Shown: in pieces, positions 10,037 to 19,949 of the stretch
How the letters are laid out: every line of letters starts with the position of its first letter
How positions within the stretch are numbered: position 1 is the stretch's first letter
Origin: Candidatus Spongiisociaceae bacterium
GTDB lineage: Bacteria > Actinomycetota > Acidimicrobiia > Spongiisociales > Spongiisociaceae
Direction of reading: 5' to 3'
Length of the DNA stretch: 64,000 nucleotides
Assembly: GCA_965262915.1 (NCBI GenBank)
Contig: OZ253564.1
Span: forward strand, 2,624,001-2,688,000
Made by a program: the position numbers and the translations under genes
Notes under the pieces: model-generated
What the model was told of the DNA's origin: nothing
Seen by the model: the letters and a program-made list of their open reading frames with translations, nothing else
Database searches by the model: none

Positions 10037-11845
10037 ATGGCGTTCCTGACACCCGAGAACATCCCCAGCCGTTCCGGCGTGCCGGACCGGCTCCGACAGG
10101 TGGCACGGGCCTTGCGGGACTTCATGCCCTACGAGACGACGGTCTGGCTGGCGGAGAAGGAGGGGGGCGCCCCCTACCTGGAGGTGCTCGACCCCGCGGC
10201 GGGGATTGTCGTGATCGAGGCCCCGCCCATAAGGGTGGGTGGACGCCGGCGCCGCCGCCCGTGGCGCGCCTTCAGCGAGCAGGACATGGTCCGTATCCGG
10301 GATGACATGGCCGAGCGCGCCGAGGATCTGCGGAAGCGCATCGACCGGGCGCTGGTGAGGTCGCTACCCGTGAGGTGTGTCCTGGCTGCTCCGGACCATG
10401 ACGAGGTGCCTGTGAGCGCCCTCGATTCGGTGCAGGGCGATCTGCCGCTACTCACCCGGTCCGACATGACCGGGTCCCGTCTCCGGCCTGCCATCGGCCG
10501 CATCCTCGGCAGCCTGACGATGACCCCGCTGACCGAGCAGGAGGAGAACCGGGCCCGGGCGGTTATCAACCCCGAGATCGTTCTCGGCGCGACCGAGGGC
10601 TACGAGACCCTTCCACTGTTCCAGGATCCCGACATCGCGCCCGGGGACATCATCCGGGTGATGGACCGCGAACAGGAACGGGTGGCGGAGCATCTCGGGT
10701 GGGGGTACAGGATGTTGCGCGGCGTGGCAGGCAGCGGCAAGACGCTGGTGCTCACGCACCGGGTCCGCCATCTCCACCGGCTCTTCCCGAACTGGCGGAT
10801 CCTGTTGTTGTGTTACAACCGGTTGCTGGCGAACGCGCTGCAGATGATGGTGGACGAGAGCGACCGCGTGGATGTCACCAACATCGACCGCCTGGCCTAC
10901 CGGCTGGCCGGGCAGGAGAGCGGCCGTGGCCGGCCCGATTTCGAAGAGTTGAGAAAGCGGGCGGCGGTCAAGGCAGGCCGGCTGCCGGACTCCCGGCGCT
11001 ACGACGTGGTGCTGGTCGACGAGGCTCAGGATTTCGGCCGCCAAGGTCTCGAGCTCGCCTACGCGATGTTGAAGCCGTCGCGCCGGGATCTCGGTGCGGC
11101 CGGGCGTAACCTGCGGTCGTACCGGGCCGGACACTTCGTGATGGCCCTGGACAGCGCCCAGAACGTCTACAGGCGGAGCATGACGTGGAACCCCCCGGGA
11201 CTCACGGCTCGGGGACGCACGACGGTCTTCCGGCGCAACTACCGCAACACCCGGGAGATCCTGGAGCTCGCCTGGACCTTTCTCGAAGGATCGCCCGACC
11301 GCTCGCCGCCGGTCTCCGATGGGGGTGACTCCAAGGACCGTATCGAGCCGGAGGCGGCCCCCAGAAGCGGTCCGGTACCCCGACTGCTCGACTGCCGGGA
11401 CCTGCGGGGCGAGGCCGAAGCCATCGCCGCCGAGATCGGGCGCCTCACCACCGACGGAGTGGATGTCGGCGACATCGCCGTCATGTACGGCCACCGCGAG
11501 CTCGAGACGGAGCTGCAGAAGGCCTTCCGTCAGCGCCGTCTCCCCTACTTCCACATCCAGTACCAGGACCGTCGCGGCCGGAGGCCCAACCGGGACATAG
11601 CCATGGGTGTCCGGGACAAGGTGCGGGTCTCGACGCTCCAAGGTCTCAAGGGTCTCGAGTTCAGCCGGGTGTTCATCGGTGGGGTCAACCAGGCGTACGT
11701 CCACGACGTCGCCGAGGAGGACCAGCCGGTCGCCGTCAAGCAGCTTCTCTACGTGGCCATGACCAGGGCCATGGACAGACTCGTCATCACGATCTCGGGT
11801 GATGGGGAGTCGGGCCGGGCGCTCCGGAACGCCCAGTCGGGGTAG
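10037..11845 (+). CDS. SF1 (UvrD/Rep-like) helicase with degenerate N-terminal NERD-like domain
   Basis: GVAGSGKT, LVDEAQD, RNYRNT, KGLEF, LYVAMTRA; IIRVMDREQERVAEHLGWG typical of NERD-UvrD proteins. Confidence 0.85.
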   Translation: MAFLTPENIPSRSGVPDRLRQVARALRDFMPYETTVWLAEKEGGAPYLEVLDPAAGIVVIEAPPIRVGGRRRRRPWRAFSEQDMVRIRDDMAERAEDLRKRIDRALVRSLPVRCVLAAPDHDEVPVSALDSVQGDLPLLTRSDMTGSRLRPAIGRILGSLTMTPLTEQEENRARAVINPEIVLGATEGYETLPLFQDPDIAPGDIIRVMDREQERVAEHLGWGYRMLRGVAGSGKTLVLTHRVRHLHRLFPNWRILLLCYNRLLANALQMMVDESDRVDVTNIDRLAYRLAGQESGRGRPDFEELRKRAAVKAGRLPDSRRYDVVLVDEAQDFGRQGLELAYAMLKPSRRDLGAAGRNLRSYRAGHFVMALDSAQNVYRRSMTWNPPGLTARGRTTVFRRNYRNTREILELAWTFLEGSPDRSPPVSDGGDSKDRIEPEAAPRSGPVPRLLDCRDLRGEAEAIAAEIGRLTTDGVDVGDIAVMYGHRELETELQKAFRQRRLPYFHIQYQDRRGRRPNRDIAMGVRDKVRVSTLQGLKGLEFSRVFIGGVNQAYVHDVAEEDQPVAVKQLLYVAMTRAMDRLVITISGDGESGRALRNAQSG

Positions 11846-11929
11846 TGGTTGCTGGCTCGACTGCCGGGTTGGTGACATCGGCCTTCCCGGCTTGCAATTC
11901 TGTCAATAGTGGCTTATGTGAGATTGTGG

Positions 11930-11944
11930 TATACTGCGTGTATG
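11930..11944 (+). promoter_or_regulatory. -10 element of a probable leaderless TA operon promoter
   Basis: TATACT 6 nt before ATG at 11942, no Shine-Dalgarno. Confidence 0.55.
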
Positions 11945-12295
11945 GATAACTCGTCAAGTCTCGCTGCAACCCGCGCTCCGCCGGAGCGACCCAGCGAGCG
12001 GCCTCCGACTGATGATCGGGCCCCGGTAGATGCCGCGGAGGTCGCTGGAGGTGAGGACCGGGAGAGACCATTCCTCGTTATCGACATGTCCAAGATGGAT
12101 CCTGATATCAGGGCGTCGATCGTGGACGACTGCACGCCCCCGGAGGAGACACCCCAAGAGCGGGCGGAGCGCCTCGATCGGTGCAAGGCCGCCACCGCCG
12201 AGTACGACGCCGAGTTCGGTCCCCTGAAGCCCGAGGAGAAGGCTTGGGCGGACTCCGTCTTGGACGGGAGTGGCGACTGGATGGACGAGCCGTGA
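11942..12295 (+). CDS. putative antitoxin
   Basis: Acidic small protein, C-terminal AEYDAEFGPLKPEEKAWADSVL; GTGA overlap with the downstream PIN gene. Confidence 0.6.
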   Translation: MDNSSSLAATRAPPERPSERPPTDDRAPVDAAEVAGGEDRERPFLVIDMSKMDPDIRASIVDDCTPPEETPQERAERLDRCKAATAEYDAEFGPLKPEEKAWADSVLDGSGDWMDEP

Positions 12296-12672
12296 CATCG
12301 GGGATCACTTACGACACGGGCGCGCTGATCGCGGCCGAGCGAAAAGAGAAACGCGTCTGGCGGTTTCACAGGCGCCTGGTGGATCGGGGCATCGAACCGA
12401 CGGTACCCGCCGGTGTGCTCGCCCAGGCATGGCGGGGTGGATCCCGACAGTACTGGTTGACCAGGTTCCTTTCCGATTGCCGGATCGAAGCGCTGGACGA
12501 GTCCCTGGCTCGTGAGATAGGCGTCATCTGCCACCAGCACGGGGTGACCGACGTCGTGGACACATCCGTGGTGGCCGGCGCATCCCGCCGAGGGGATCAG
12601 GTCGTCACGCGTGACCGCCCGGATGTGGTCTCTCTCGCCAGGTCGATGGGAGTCTCGGTAAGTTACGGGTGA
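12292..12672 (+). CDS. PIN-domain (VapC-like) ribonuclease toxin
   Basis: YDTGALIAAER, VPAGVLAQAWR, DVVDTSVV, VVTRD motifs. Confidence 0.8.
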   Translation: MTSGITYDTGALIAAERKEKRVWRFHRRLVDRGIEPTVPAGVLAQAWRGGSRQYWLTRFLSDCRIEALDESLAREIGVICHQHGVTDVVDTSVVAGASRRGDQVVTRDRPDVVSLARSMGVSVSYG

Positions 12673-12932
12673 ACAATGGGCTGACCGGCGCGGCAAAACG
12701 GCCCACGCGGCTGCATTCCGAAGCGAGTGTTGATCAGAATCACCGTAGGCAGGCCTTCCATATCCCAGCCTGCCACCGCCACGATATCTTGTCTTCCATG
12801 GGTACCTTCTGTATCCACCCTGATGTTTGCGCGAAGCACTCGCTCGATGTCCTCTTCGGTTCTGTGTCTCAGGGTGGCGGGATGAGTATCCAGATATTGC
12901 CCTTGGAACCGGATAGGCAGGTAAAGCCCCGT

Positions 12933-13232
12933 TCAGGCACTTGCAACAGGCAACAGCGCTTCGATCCCGGACCGAACCTCCGGAGGCAGGCGAGACAGAA
13001 GAGACTCCTTATCGGGCCCTACTGCCATGGTGAGTATGTCAGCCGCCTCCTCCATTCCGACCTCGAGCAGATGGCTAACCTGCCGGTCGGTCTCCCACCG
13101 GGCGAAAATACCGAACGCCCATTCCCTTACCTGTTCCTCCAACTCAGGCCCGGCGGGAGTTCCCTTCCACCCCAGCCGCTGGTGAGGATCATCCAAGATC
13201 GCCACCATCTCATCAATACTCATATCTCTCAT
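12933..13232 (-). CDS. hypothetical protein
   Basis: 99-aa ORF MRDMSIDEMVAILDD..., protein-like composition; no family recognised. Confidence 0.45.
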   Translation of the reverse strand: MRDMSIDEMVAILDDPHQRLGWKGTPAGPELEEQVREWAFGIFARWETDRQVSHLLEVGMEEAADILTMAVGPDKESLLSRLPPEVRSGIEALLPVASA

Positions 13233-13423
13233 ACTCACGAGTCCACTTTCGTAGCCGCTCGTCCGGAGCGGAGGGTCGAAGGGCCGCGCCTGTCGTACAG
13301 CCCTTCCCGTGCCGGCACGGTTTTCTTGTCTCGACCGGATAGCCGAGTGACCGGTCGCGCGCCGGTGCGCCTCGGATCCGCCCCCGATCGGGATGGATCC
13401 CGCCGTGGATGCGGCGCAGGCTG

Positions 13424-13927
13424 ATGTCACCACGGCGGTGGTTGGTCGGGGTCGCCCTGGTCGTGGCCGGCTGTGCAACGTCGCTGCTCCCGAGTGACAC
13501 TTCCTCGGCCGACCCGACTACTCCCGGGCCGCTTCCGGCGACCGGCGCCGGGATGTCCGGAACGGGCCCGGCCTGGCCCGACTTCCGGTCGGCGGTAGAC
13601 GCTGTCGAGACCGAACTTGCTCGGCTCGGATACGAGAACCTCGGAGGCGATCACCCGGGTCCGACTTCCGTCGCCTTCCTGGTGGTCGGCTCGGACGGCG
13701 CGCCCGAGGTGGAGGTCGCGCTGGGTTGGTCCCAAGCTGCTCCCATGGGAGCCTTCAGCACCATCGTCAACACCGTCTCCGGGATGGACGGGATTCAGCG
13801 CGGGCCGGGCCGAGGCGGAGTGTGGTTCCTGTGCGGTCCGCTCTATGTCGAGATGCTCGCCGGGGACCTGCCGGACGCCGCGAGTCTCGCCGACCGGCTG
13901 ATAGACGAGATCTGCCGGCATGCCTGA
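13424..13927 (+). CDS. putative lipoprotein
   Basis: RRWLVGVALVVAG-C signal peptide and lipobox followed by a Pro/Thr linker. Confidence 0.6.
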   Translation: MSPRRWLVGVALVVAGCATSLLPSDTSSADPTTPGPLPATGAGMSGTGPAWPDFRSAVDAVETELARLGYENLGGDHPGPTSVAFLVVGSDGAPEVEVALGWSQAAPMGAFSTIVNTVSGMDGIQRGPGRGGVWFLCGPLYVEMLAGDLPDAASLADRLIDEICRHA

Positions 13928-14054
13928 CCGCCACCGGTCGTCATCGGACGCGGCGCCGGAACGGATGGAGACGCCCCGGCGGGAGACCGACGCGGCGTCG
14001 GCCATGGTCGTGAAGGCTGTCCGGGTAGGGAGGAGAGTCCGGGGAAATCCACCA

Positions 14055-14081
14055 GCGGCCTGTCGCTTGGCAACAGGCCGC
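14055..14081. terminator. GC-rich hairpin between convergent genes
   Basis: GCGGCCTGT...ACAGGCCGC 9-bp perfect stem; no U-tract. Confidence 0.4.
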
Positions 14082-14153
14082 CAGACAATCCGGCGAGGGA
14101 CTCGTGGCAATCGCCGTTGTCGAGCACCCTCCTGGCTGTCAGCTGGGCTGGAA

Positions 14154-14921
14154 TCAGCTGGGCTCGAAGATGGTGAAGGTTCCCTTCTGATCGTCGTTCA
14201 CCACCGCGAAGCGGCCGACCATGATGTCGGTCACCGGAACGCAGACATCCCCGCCCAGACTGGTCACCTTGGCGGCCGTCGCATCGGCGTCCTCCACCTG
14301 GATGTAGACCATCCAGTGGGGCGGTATCTCGCCCCAGTTCTCGTCCATCTCCAGCACCCCGCATACCAGGAAATCGCCGACGGAGGCTAGGTGGTAGTTG
14401 CCGCCCTGAGGCATCGGCATGCTGGTCCACTCCCAACCGAACAGGCTGGTGTAGAAGCTCTTGGTGGACTCCAGGTCACGGCTGTAGAGCTCGTTCCAGG
14501 CCAGGGCGCCGGGGCTGCGGATGATCTCCGCCCCACCGAATTCGAGGGCCTGCCAGAGGAACACCGAAGCGCCGCCCGGGTCCTGCATCAACGCGACCCG
14601 CCCGTTTCCCACATCGGCGGGTCCCATCATGAACGTCGCACCCAGACTCCTCGCCCGCTCCGCGGTCGCGTCCAGGTCGTCGGTGGCGACGTAGGAGAAC
14701 CAGTGTGGCGGGACCCCTTCAGGCAGCATCCCCGGCATTGCCGGTCCGAGAGCCCCGACGCTTTTTCCGTCCAGGTTGAACATGGTGTACGACATTCCCG
14801 AATCGCCCATGGGTACATCCGTCCAGTCCCAACCGAAGAGGTTGCCGTAGAAGGCCTTACCCCGATCCTGGTCAGGCAGGTAGATGTCCATCCAACAGAA
14901 AGTGCCCTGTGGGTGCTTCAC
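14154..14921 (-). CDS. VOC/glyoxalase family protein (two-domain, CFP32-like)
   Basis: GTFCWMD...FYGNLFGW and duplicated ALAWNEL...FYTSLFGW; RBS AAGGAG before GTG. Confidence 0.9.
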   Translation of the reverse strand: MKHPQGTFCWMDIYLPDQDRGKAFYGNLFGWDWTDVPMGDSGMSYTMFNLDGKSVGALGPAMPGMLPEGVPPHWFSYVATDDLDATAERARSLGATFMMGPADVGNGRVALMQDPGGASVFLWQALEFGGAEIIRSPGALAWNELYSRDLESTKSFYTSLFGWEWTSMPMPQGGNYHLASVGDFLVCGVLEMDENWGEIPPHWMVYIQVEDADATAAKVTSLGGDVCVPVTDIMVGRFAVVNDDQKGTFTIFEPS

Positions 14922-15117
14922 GCTTGCTCCTTGTCATTCGAGGATCACTGGAACTCCGGCGGTGAGAGGACCGGTCCAGATGGTGATCCTAGGAGAATCC
15001 GATGGTTGTGCGGCCAACACGCCGAACGCCTCGGGTTCGGTTCGGCCACTCTCGCGAACTACCGGAGCGGAGGTTGCAGTGCATGGACAGATCTTGCCCG
15101 AGCGACTCCGGCTGCCT

Positions 15118-15354
15118 TCACTCCTCGGTCGTCACCGGGACGCCGACGAAATCCCCCCGATGAGCCCAGAGACCCTGGCCCGGGTTGGAGACGAAGTAGA
15201 TCCTCTCACCGTCCACATCGTTCCAGCCCTCCACAGTTGGCGCCAGATCCACAGCGTCGAGCAGAAAGTTGTCGGGATGGATCACCTCGATGCTGTACGG
15301 CGCGAGGCTGAAAAGACGGGTAATTGGTTGGCCCTCCGTCCGCTGACGTGGCAT
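15118..15354 (-). pseudogene. chimeric remnant containing a PIN-protein C-terminal fragment
   Basis: LAPYSIEVIHPDNFLLDAVDLAP resembles the C-terminal motif of PIN_3-type proteins; flanks unrelated. Confidence 0.4.
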
Positions 15355-15433
15355 TTTGTCATCGACCGTCGGGCCAACGGGGGGTTTCTCAGCCCTCTTC
15401 TAGGTGCGGGTCGAGCCTTGAGGGCCGGCTCGG

Positions 15434-16348
15434 TCAGCGCCGCGCCTCGAGTTCGGCCTTCACCTGCGCGGCCGCTTTCATGTCCGAGACCCTGACCACT
15501 ATCGAACCGATTCCAAGTGCCGCCAGACGCTCGAACCCGGCTACCACCTCCGGTAGCGTGCCGACCTGGAGGAAGGGCGACTCCCGGACCTGGTCCGGGC
15601 CGACACCATGGTCGGCGGCCACGGACTCCACCAGTTGCCTCGATCGGCTCCCCACCGCGACGCGGTACAGCAGCACGTCGATGAGCGCGTTCCTGGTGCT
15701 CTCCGCCCGAGCGGTGCGGACCTTGCCCGACACTTCGTCGAATGTGGTCGAGGCGGCCACCGCCGGCATGTCGGCCCGTTTCCCGCTCGCGAGCGAGATG
15801 CCGATCGACACCACGTCGGCCACCTCGGCGGCGACCCGGAGAATCCTGGGGCCCCCACCTCCCACGATGATGGGAGGGTGGGGCTGCTGCACCGGTCGGG
15901 TCATCGGATCGAGGCGTGCCCGGTACCACCGCCCTTCGTGGTCCACCTCGCCGTCGGTCCAGCACCGGCGGATCAGGTGCACGGCCTCTGCCAGCCTCGA
16001 GATGCGGTCGGCGGGCCGGTCCATGCTCAGGCCCACCGCCCGGTAGTCGGCGGGCCACCAGCCGGCGCCGATCCCCAGCTCGACCCGGCCCTCGGAGAGT
16101 ACGTCCAGGGCCGCGAAATCTCTGGCCACCATGGCCGGGTGACGAAGATCGTTGGCCAGCATGTATGCGCCCACGCGGAGGGACGTGGCCGCCGCGACCG
16201 CGGCCAGGGTGGGCACGGGGGAGATCACCTCGTTGAAGTGGTCGGGGACGTAGAAGACGTCGAATCCCAACGATTCCGCCCGCCTGGCCACCTCGATCAC
16301 GGGCCCTTCCCCCACGGGAGGCGCGAACAGCACGCCGAACCTGGGCAT
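15434..16348 (-). CDS. LLM-class (probably F420-dependent) oxidoreductase
   Basis: AESLGFD..YVPDH, RHPAMVARDFAALDVLSEGRVELGIGAGW, PPIIVGGGG; start could be 16390. Confidence 0.88.
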   Translation of the reverse strand: MPRFGVLFAPPVGEGPVIEVARRAESLGFDVFYVPDHFNEVISPVPTLAAVAAATSLRVGAYMLANDLRHPAMVARDFAALDVLSEGRVELGIGAGWWPADYRAVGLSMDRPADRISRLAEAVHLIRRCWTDGEVDHEGRWYRARLDPMTRPVQQPHPPIIVGGGGPRILRVAAEVADVVSIGISLASGKRADMPAVAASTTFDEVSGKVRTARAESTRNALIDVLLYRVAVGSRSRQLVESVAADHGVGPDQVRESPFLQVGTLPEVVAGFERLAALGIGSIVVRVSDMKAAAQVKAELEARR

Positions 16349-16373
16349 CGGCGCTCGGCGGGACGGAACCACG

Positions 16374-16838
16374 CTACGGTCCGGCGCCATGCGAGGACGG
16401 GCCCAGGCCTCGACCGATTGCCCGGGACGCGGCGCGGGCGGTGGCCACGACCCTCGTAGCGACGCTCTCCTCGATCAGCCCCGCGGAGGGCAGGGTGGCT
16501 GAGACGGCGCCGACCAGTGCGCCGCCCAGGCCGAAGACGGGTGCCGCGACGCTCGCCCACCCGAGCACGCACTCCTCCCTCTCGGCGCCCCAACCGCGCC
16601 GGCGTATCTGATCGAACTGTTCCAAGAGCACGGAAGGTACCACGATGGTGTAGGGGGTCACGCTTTCTAGCTCTCGCCCTGCCATGTCCCGGGCGACATC
16701 GGGAGGTGAGAAGGCCACCAGCACCTTGCCGGTGGCGGTGACGGTGCCGCACAGAGGCAGCCGGCCCGCCAGGCGGCTGCCCAGCTCGAACAGCTTCAGG
16801 CCCAGACGGTATCTCCGGCCCTCCCGCTCGATCAGCCC
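16374..16838 (-). pseudogene. IclR-family regulator remnant (no start, internal deletion)
   Basis: GLIEREGRRYRLGLKLFELGS joined directly to RLPLCGTVTATGKVLVAF...EECVLGWASVAAPV. Confidence 0.75.
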
Positions 16839-17160
16839 GGCCCCTCGACCGTCATCGGGTTGATGGCCCGACCCACGTCGTGGGCGGCCCAGAGGCCGAG
16901 AAGTGTCACCTCTCCCGTGTCCGGATCGACCTCGACCTCGGCAACGTGCGCGCCGAAGCCGTAGGTAGCCGAGATGTTGCCGATGTACTCCTTGTTCCGG
17001 CGTTCGGTTGGCGGGTCGTAGAAGGCCGTGGTCATGATCACCGAGCCCTCTTCTTTGAGAAGGAGCCGGCGGATGGCGCGGGATAGTCCACCCTCCGCTC
17101 CGGATCGGATGCGGAACGGATGTTCCCGTTCTCGATCACCGGGTCGTCCGTCGCGGCGGG
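16832..17160 (-). pseudogene. fragment of a xanthine dehydrogenase-family Mo-binding subunit (4-hydroxybenzoyl-CoA reductase alpha-like)
   Basis: GNISATYGFGAHVAEVEVDPDTGEV...AHDVGRAINPMTVEG; frameshifted upstream piece VIENGNIRSASDPERRVDY. Confidence 0.75.
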
Positions 17161-17201
17161 GGATGCGGATTCTCTTCGAGAGCCGGCGACCGTACATGTC
17201 G

Positions 17202-19214
17202 TCAACGGGTGGCCTCGGCCACTTCTCGCATCTCCCTCCTCAATTCGGCTACCTCATCCCGGAGCCGGGCGGCGTACTCGAAACGGAGTTCCCGGGCGGC
17301 CTCTCGCATCTCGTCCTCGAGGCTCTGTATGAGGCGTCCCAGGTCCTCACCCGCCAGCTCGATGGGCGCCCGGACCTCCATGTCGGGACGGCGCCTCCTC
17401 CGGCCGGACGTCTTCCCCGAAGAGACCAGCTCGAGGATGTCGGCCACCTTCTTGCGGATCGTCTGGGGATCGATCCCGTGCGCTGCGTTGTGCTGAATCT
17501 GCCGGCTCCGGCGCCGGTTGGTCTCCCCGATGGCCGCTCCCATCGAGGCGGTCACCTCATCGGCGTACATGATCACCCGACCGGACACGTTGCGGGCGGC
17601 CCGGCCGATTATCTGGATGAGGCTGGTCTCGGACCGGAGGAATCCTTCCTTGTCGGCGTCGAGGATGGCCACCAGGGACACTTCCGGGAGGTCGAGGCCT
17701 TCCCGCAGCAGGTTGATGCCCACCAGCACGTCGTACTCCCCCAGGCGCAGGTCCCGCAGCAGCTCTATCCGCTCCAGGGTGTCGATCTCCGAGTGCAGGT
17801 ACCGGGCCCGCACCCCCATCTCCAGCAGGTAGTCAGTCAGGTCCTCCGACATCTTCTTGGTAAGGGTCGTGACCAGCACCCGCTCGTCGACAATGGCTTG
17901 GGCACGGATCTCCTCCAGGAGATCGTCGATCTGACCCTTGGCGGGACGCACCACCACCTCGGGATCCACCAGCCCGGTCGGCCGGACGATCTGCTCGACG
18001 ATGTTGGCGGATTGGCGGCGCTCGAACGGGCTGGGGGTGGCCGAGGAGAAGACGACCTGGCCGGTCTTCTCCAACCACTCGTCGAAGCGCAGGGGACGGT
18101 TGTCGACCGCCGACGGCAGGCGAAAACCGTGCTCGACCAGTACGTCCTTGCGGCTCCGGTCGGCCTCGTACTGCCCGTGGAGTTGCGGTATGGCCACATG
18201 GCTCTCGTCGATGATGGTGATGAAGTCGTCGGGGAAGTAGTCGAGCAGTGTGTAGGGGGCTTCTCCGGGGGCCCGACCGTCTATATGCCGGCTGTAGTTC
18301 TCGATCCCGGAACAGAAACCGATCTCTCGGATCATCTCCATATCGTAGGTGGTGCGCATCCGGAGGCGCTGGGCCTCGAGCAGTTTCCCCTGCCGCTCGA
18401 GCTCGGACAGCCGCTCTGCCAGCTCCAGCTCGATCTGCACCAAGGCCCGTTCCATCCGTTCCCGGGTGACGGCGTAATGGGAGGCGGGATAGACCCAGAG
18501 CTCCTTCAATTCCTCGATGATCTCGCCGGTTACCGGGTTCATGCGCACTATGCGCTCCACCTCGTCGCCGAAGTATTCCACCCGGGCGATGGTCTCCTCG
18601 TAGGCGGGGAAGACCTCCAGGGTGTCACCCCGAACCCGGAACCGACCCCGTACGAGGTTCACCTCGTTGCGTTCGTACTGGATGTTGACCAGCCGCCGGA
18701 TCGCTTCGTGGAGCGGGTACTCCACCCCTCTGACCAGCCGGAGGACCTGCCCGGCGTACTCCTCCGGACTGCCCAGCCCGTAGATGCAGGACACGCTGGC
18801 GACGATCACCACGTCGTCCCGGAACAGCAGCGACGACGTGGCGGCGTGCCGCAACCGATCGATCTCGTCGTTGATGGTGGCGTCCTTCTCGATATACGTG
18901 TCGGTGTGGGGGATGTACGCCTCGGGCTGGTAGTAGTCGTAGTAAGACACGAAGTACTCGACCCGGTTCTCGGGGAAGAACTGGCGGAACTCCGAGGCCA
19001 GCTGGGCGGCCAGGGCCTTGTTGGGGGCTATGACGAGGGCCGGACGCTGGGTGCCCTCGATCGCCCAGGCAATGGTGGCCGACTTTCCCGATCCGGTGAT
19101 GCCGAGCAGGGTCTGGAAGTGATCCCCTCGCTCCACCCCTTCCACCAGGGATTCGATTGCGGCAGGCTGGTCTCCCGCCGGCCGGAACTCGGAGTGCACA
19201 CGAAACTCGGCCAT
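17202..19214 (-). CDS. uvrB: excinuclease ABC subunit B
   Basis: [33 protein letters not shown]-terminal UVR domain. Confidence 0.98.
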   Translation of the reverse strand: MAEFRVHSEFRPAGDQPAAIESLVEGVERGDHFQTLLGITGSGKSATIAWAIEGTQRPALVIAPNKALAAQLASEFRQFFPENRVEYFVSYYDYYQPEAYIPHTDTYIEKDATINDEIDRLRHAATSSLLFRDDVVIVASVSCIYGLGSPEEYAGQVLRLVRGVEYPLHEAIRRLVNIQYERNEVNLVRGRFRVRGDTLEVFPAYEETIARVEYFGDEVERIVRMNPVTGEIIEELKELWVYPASHYAVTRERMERALVQIELELAERLSELERQGKLLEAQRLRMRTTYDMEMIREIGFCSGIENYSRHIDGRAPGEAPYTLLDYFPDDFITIIDESHVAIPQLHGQYEADRSRKDVLVEHGFRLPSAVDNRPLRFDEWLEKTGQVVFSSATPSPFERRQSANIVEQIVRPTGLVDPEVVVRPAKGQIDDLLEEIRAQAIVDERVLVTTLTKKMSEDLTDYLLEMGVRARYLHSEIDTLERIELLRDLRLGEYDVLVGINLLREGLDLPEVSLVAILDADKEGFLRSETSLIQIIGRAARNVSGRVIMYADEVTASMGAAIGETNRRRSRQIQHNAAHGIDPQTIRKKVADILELVSSGKTSGRRRRRPDMEVRAPIELAGEDLGRLIQSLEDEMREAARELRFEYAARLRDEVAELRREMREVAEATR

Positions 19215-19230
19215 CCGGCCGAGTCTAGGA

Positions 19231-19325
19231 GGTTGCCGGTTGCCGGTTGCCAGGTGCCAGGTGCCAGGTGCCAGGTGCCAGGTGCCAGGTGCCAGGTAGG
19301 TGCCGGCTACCGGTTACCGGCCATC
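19231..19325. repeat. heptamer tandem array (GGTTGCC)3(AGGTGCC)6 plus degenerate units
   Basis: Directly visible; includes the coaE stop codon and abuts the uvrB -10 element. Confidence 0.95.
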
Positions 19326-19891
19326 AGTCGCTTGACCAGCCGGTCGACTTCCGAGACGAGCGACTCTCCGGGTCCTCCGTTGTCCAGTACCAGATCGGCG
19401 GCCGAGCGCCAGTCGTCACGGCTCGGTTGGGCGGCCATCCGGGCATCGATGTCGTCCTCCGTCAGGCCGCGCCGGCGGAGCCGCTCCTTCCTCGTTTCGA
19501 TGGGAGCATCCACCGTGACCCGGACCCAGCTCGCGTCGGCCAGATCCGCGAGGACCGGGATCTCCACGGCTGCCGGACGGTTTCCCACCTCGCTTCCCCA
19601 CTGCTCGATCGCCTCACGGATCGCCGGGTGGGTGAGGGCTTCGAGTTCTTCCAGTTGCGACTCGTCGTCGAACACGATCCGTCCCAGCCTGCCACGATCG
19701 ATCCGCCTCTCGACCACCGCCTCCGGCCAGCGCAACGCAACCCGGGCGGCCACCGGATGGCCGGGTGCGAGTACCCGATGGCCTAACCGGTCGGCATCCA
19801 GTACGGAGAACCCCCGCTCGGCCAGCATCCGACCGACCTCCGATTTGCCCGAGCCGATACCGCCACCGATGACGATACGAACCGGTCTTAT
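19307..19891 (-). CDS. coaE: dephospho-CoA kinase (start uncertain, possibly ATA)
   Basis: [33 protein letters not shown]; conserved rpsA-coaE-uvrB order. Confidence 0.9.
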   Translation of the reverse strand: MRPVRIVIGGGIGSGKSEVGRMLAERGFSVLDADRLGHRVLAPGHPVAARVALRWPEAVVERRIDRGRLGRIVFDDESQLEELEALTHPAIREAIEQWGSEVGNRPAAVEIPVLADLADASWVRVTVDAPIETRKERLRRRGLTEDDIDARMAAQPSRDDWRSAADLVLDNGGPGESLVSEVDRLVKRLMAGNR

Positions 19892-19949
19892 GGTTGGTCC
19901 CGAAGGTCGAGGGTGCGGTCGGGTCCGATCCGCACCACGGAGCCAGCGC

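Noticed and set aside
19231-19325. Short repeats as a CRISPR array
   Set aside because: 7-bp tandem units without spacers; no cas genes in the window
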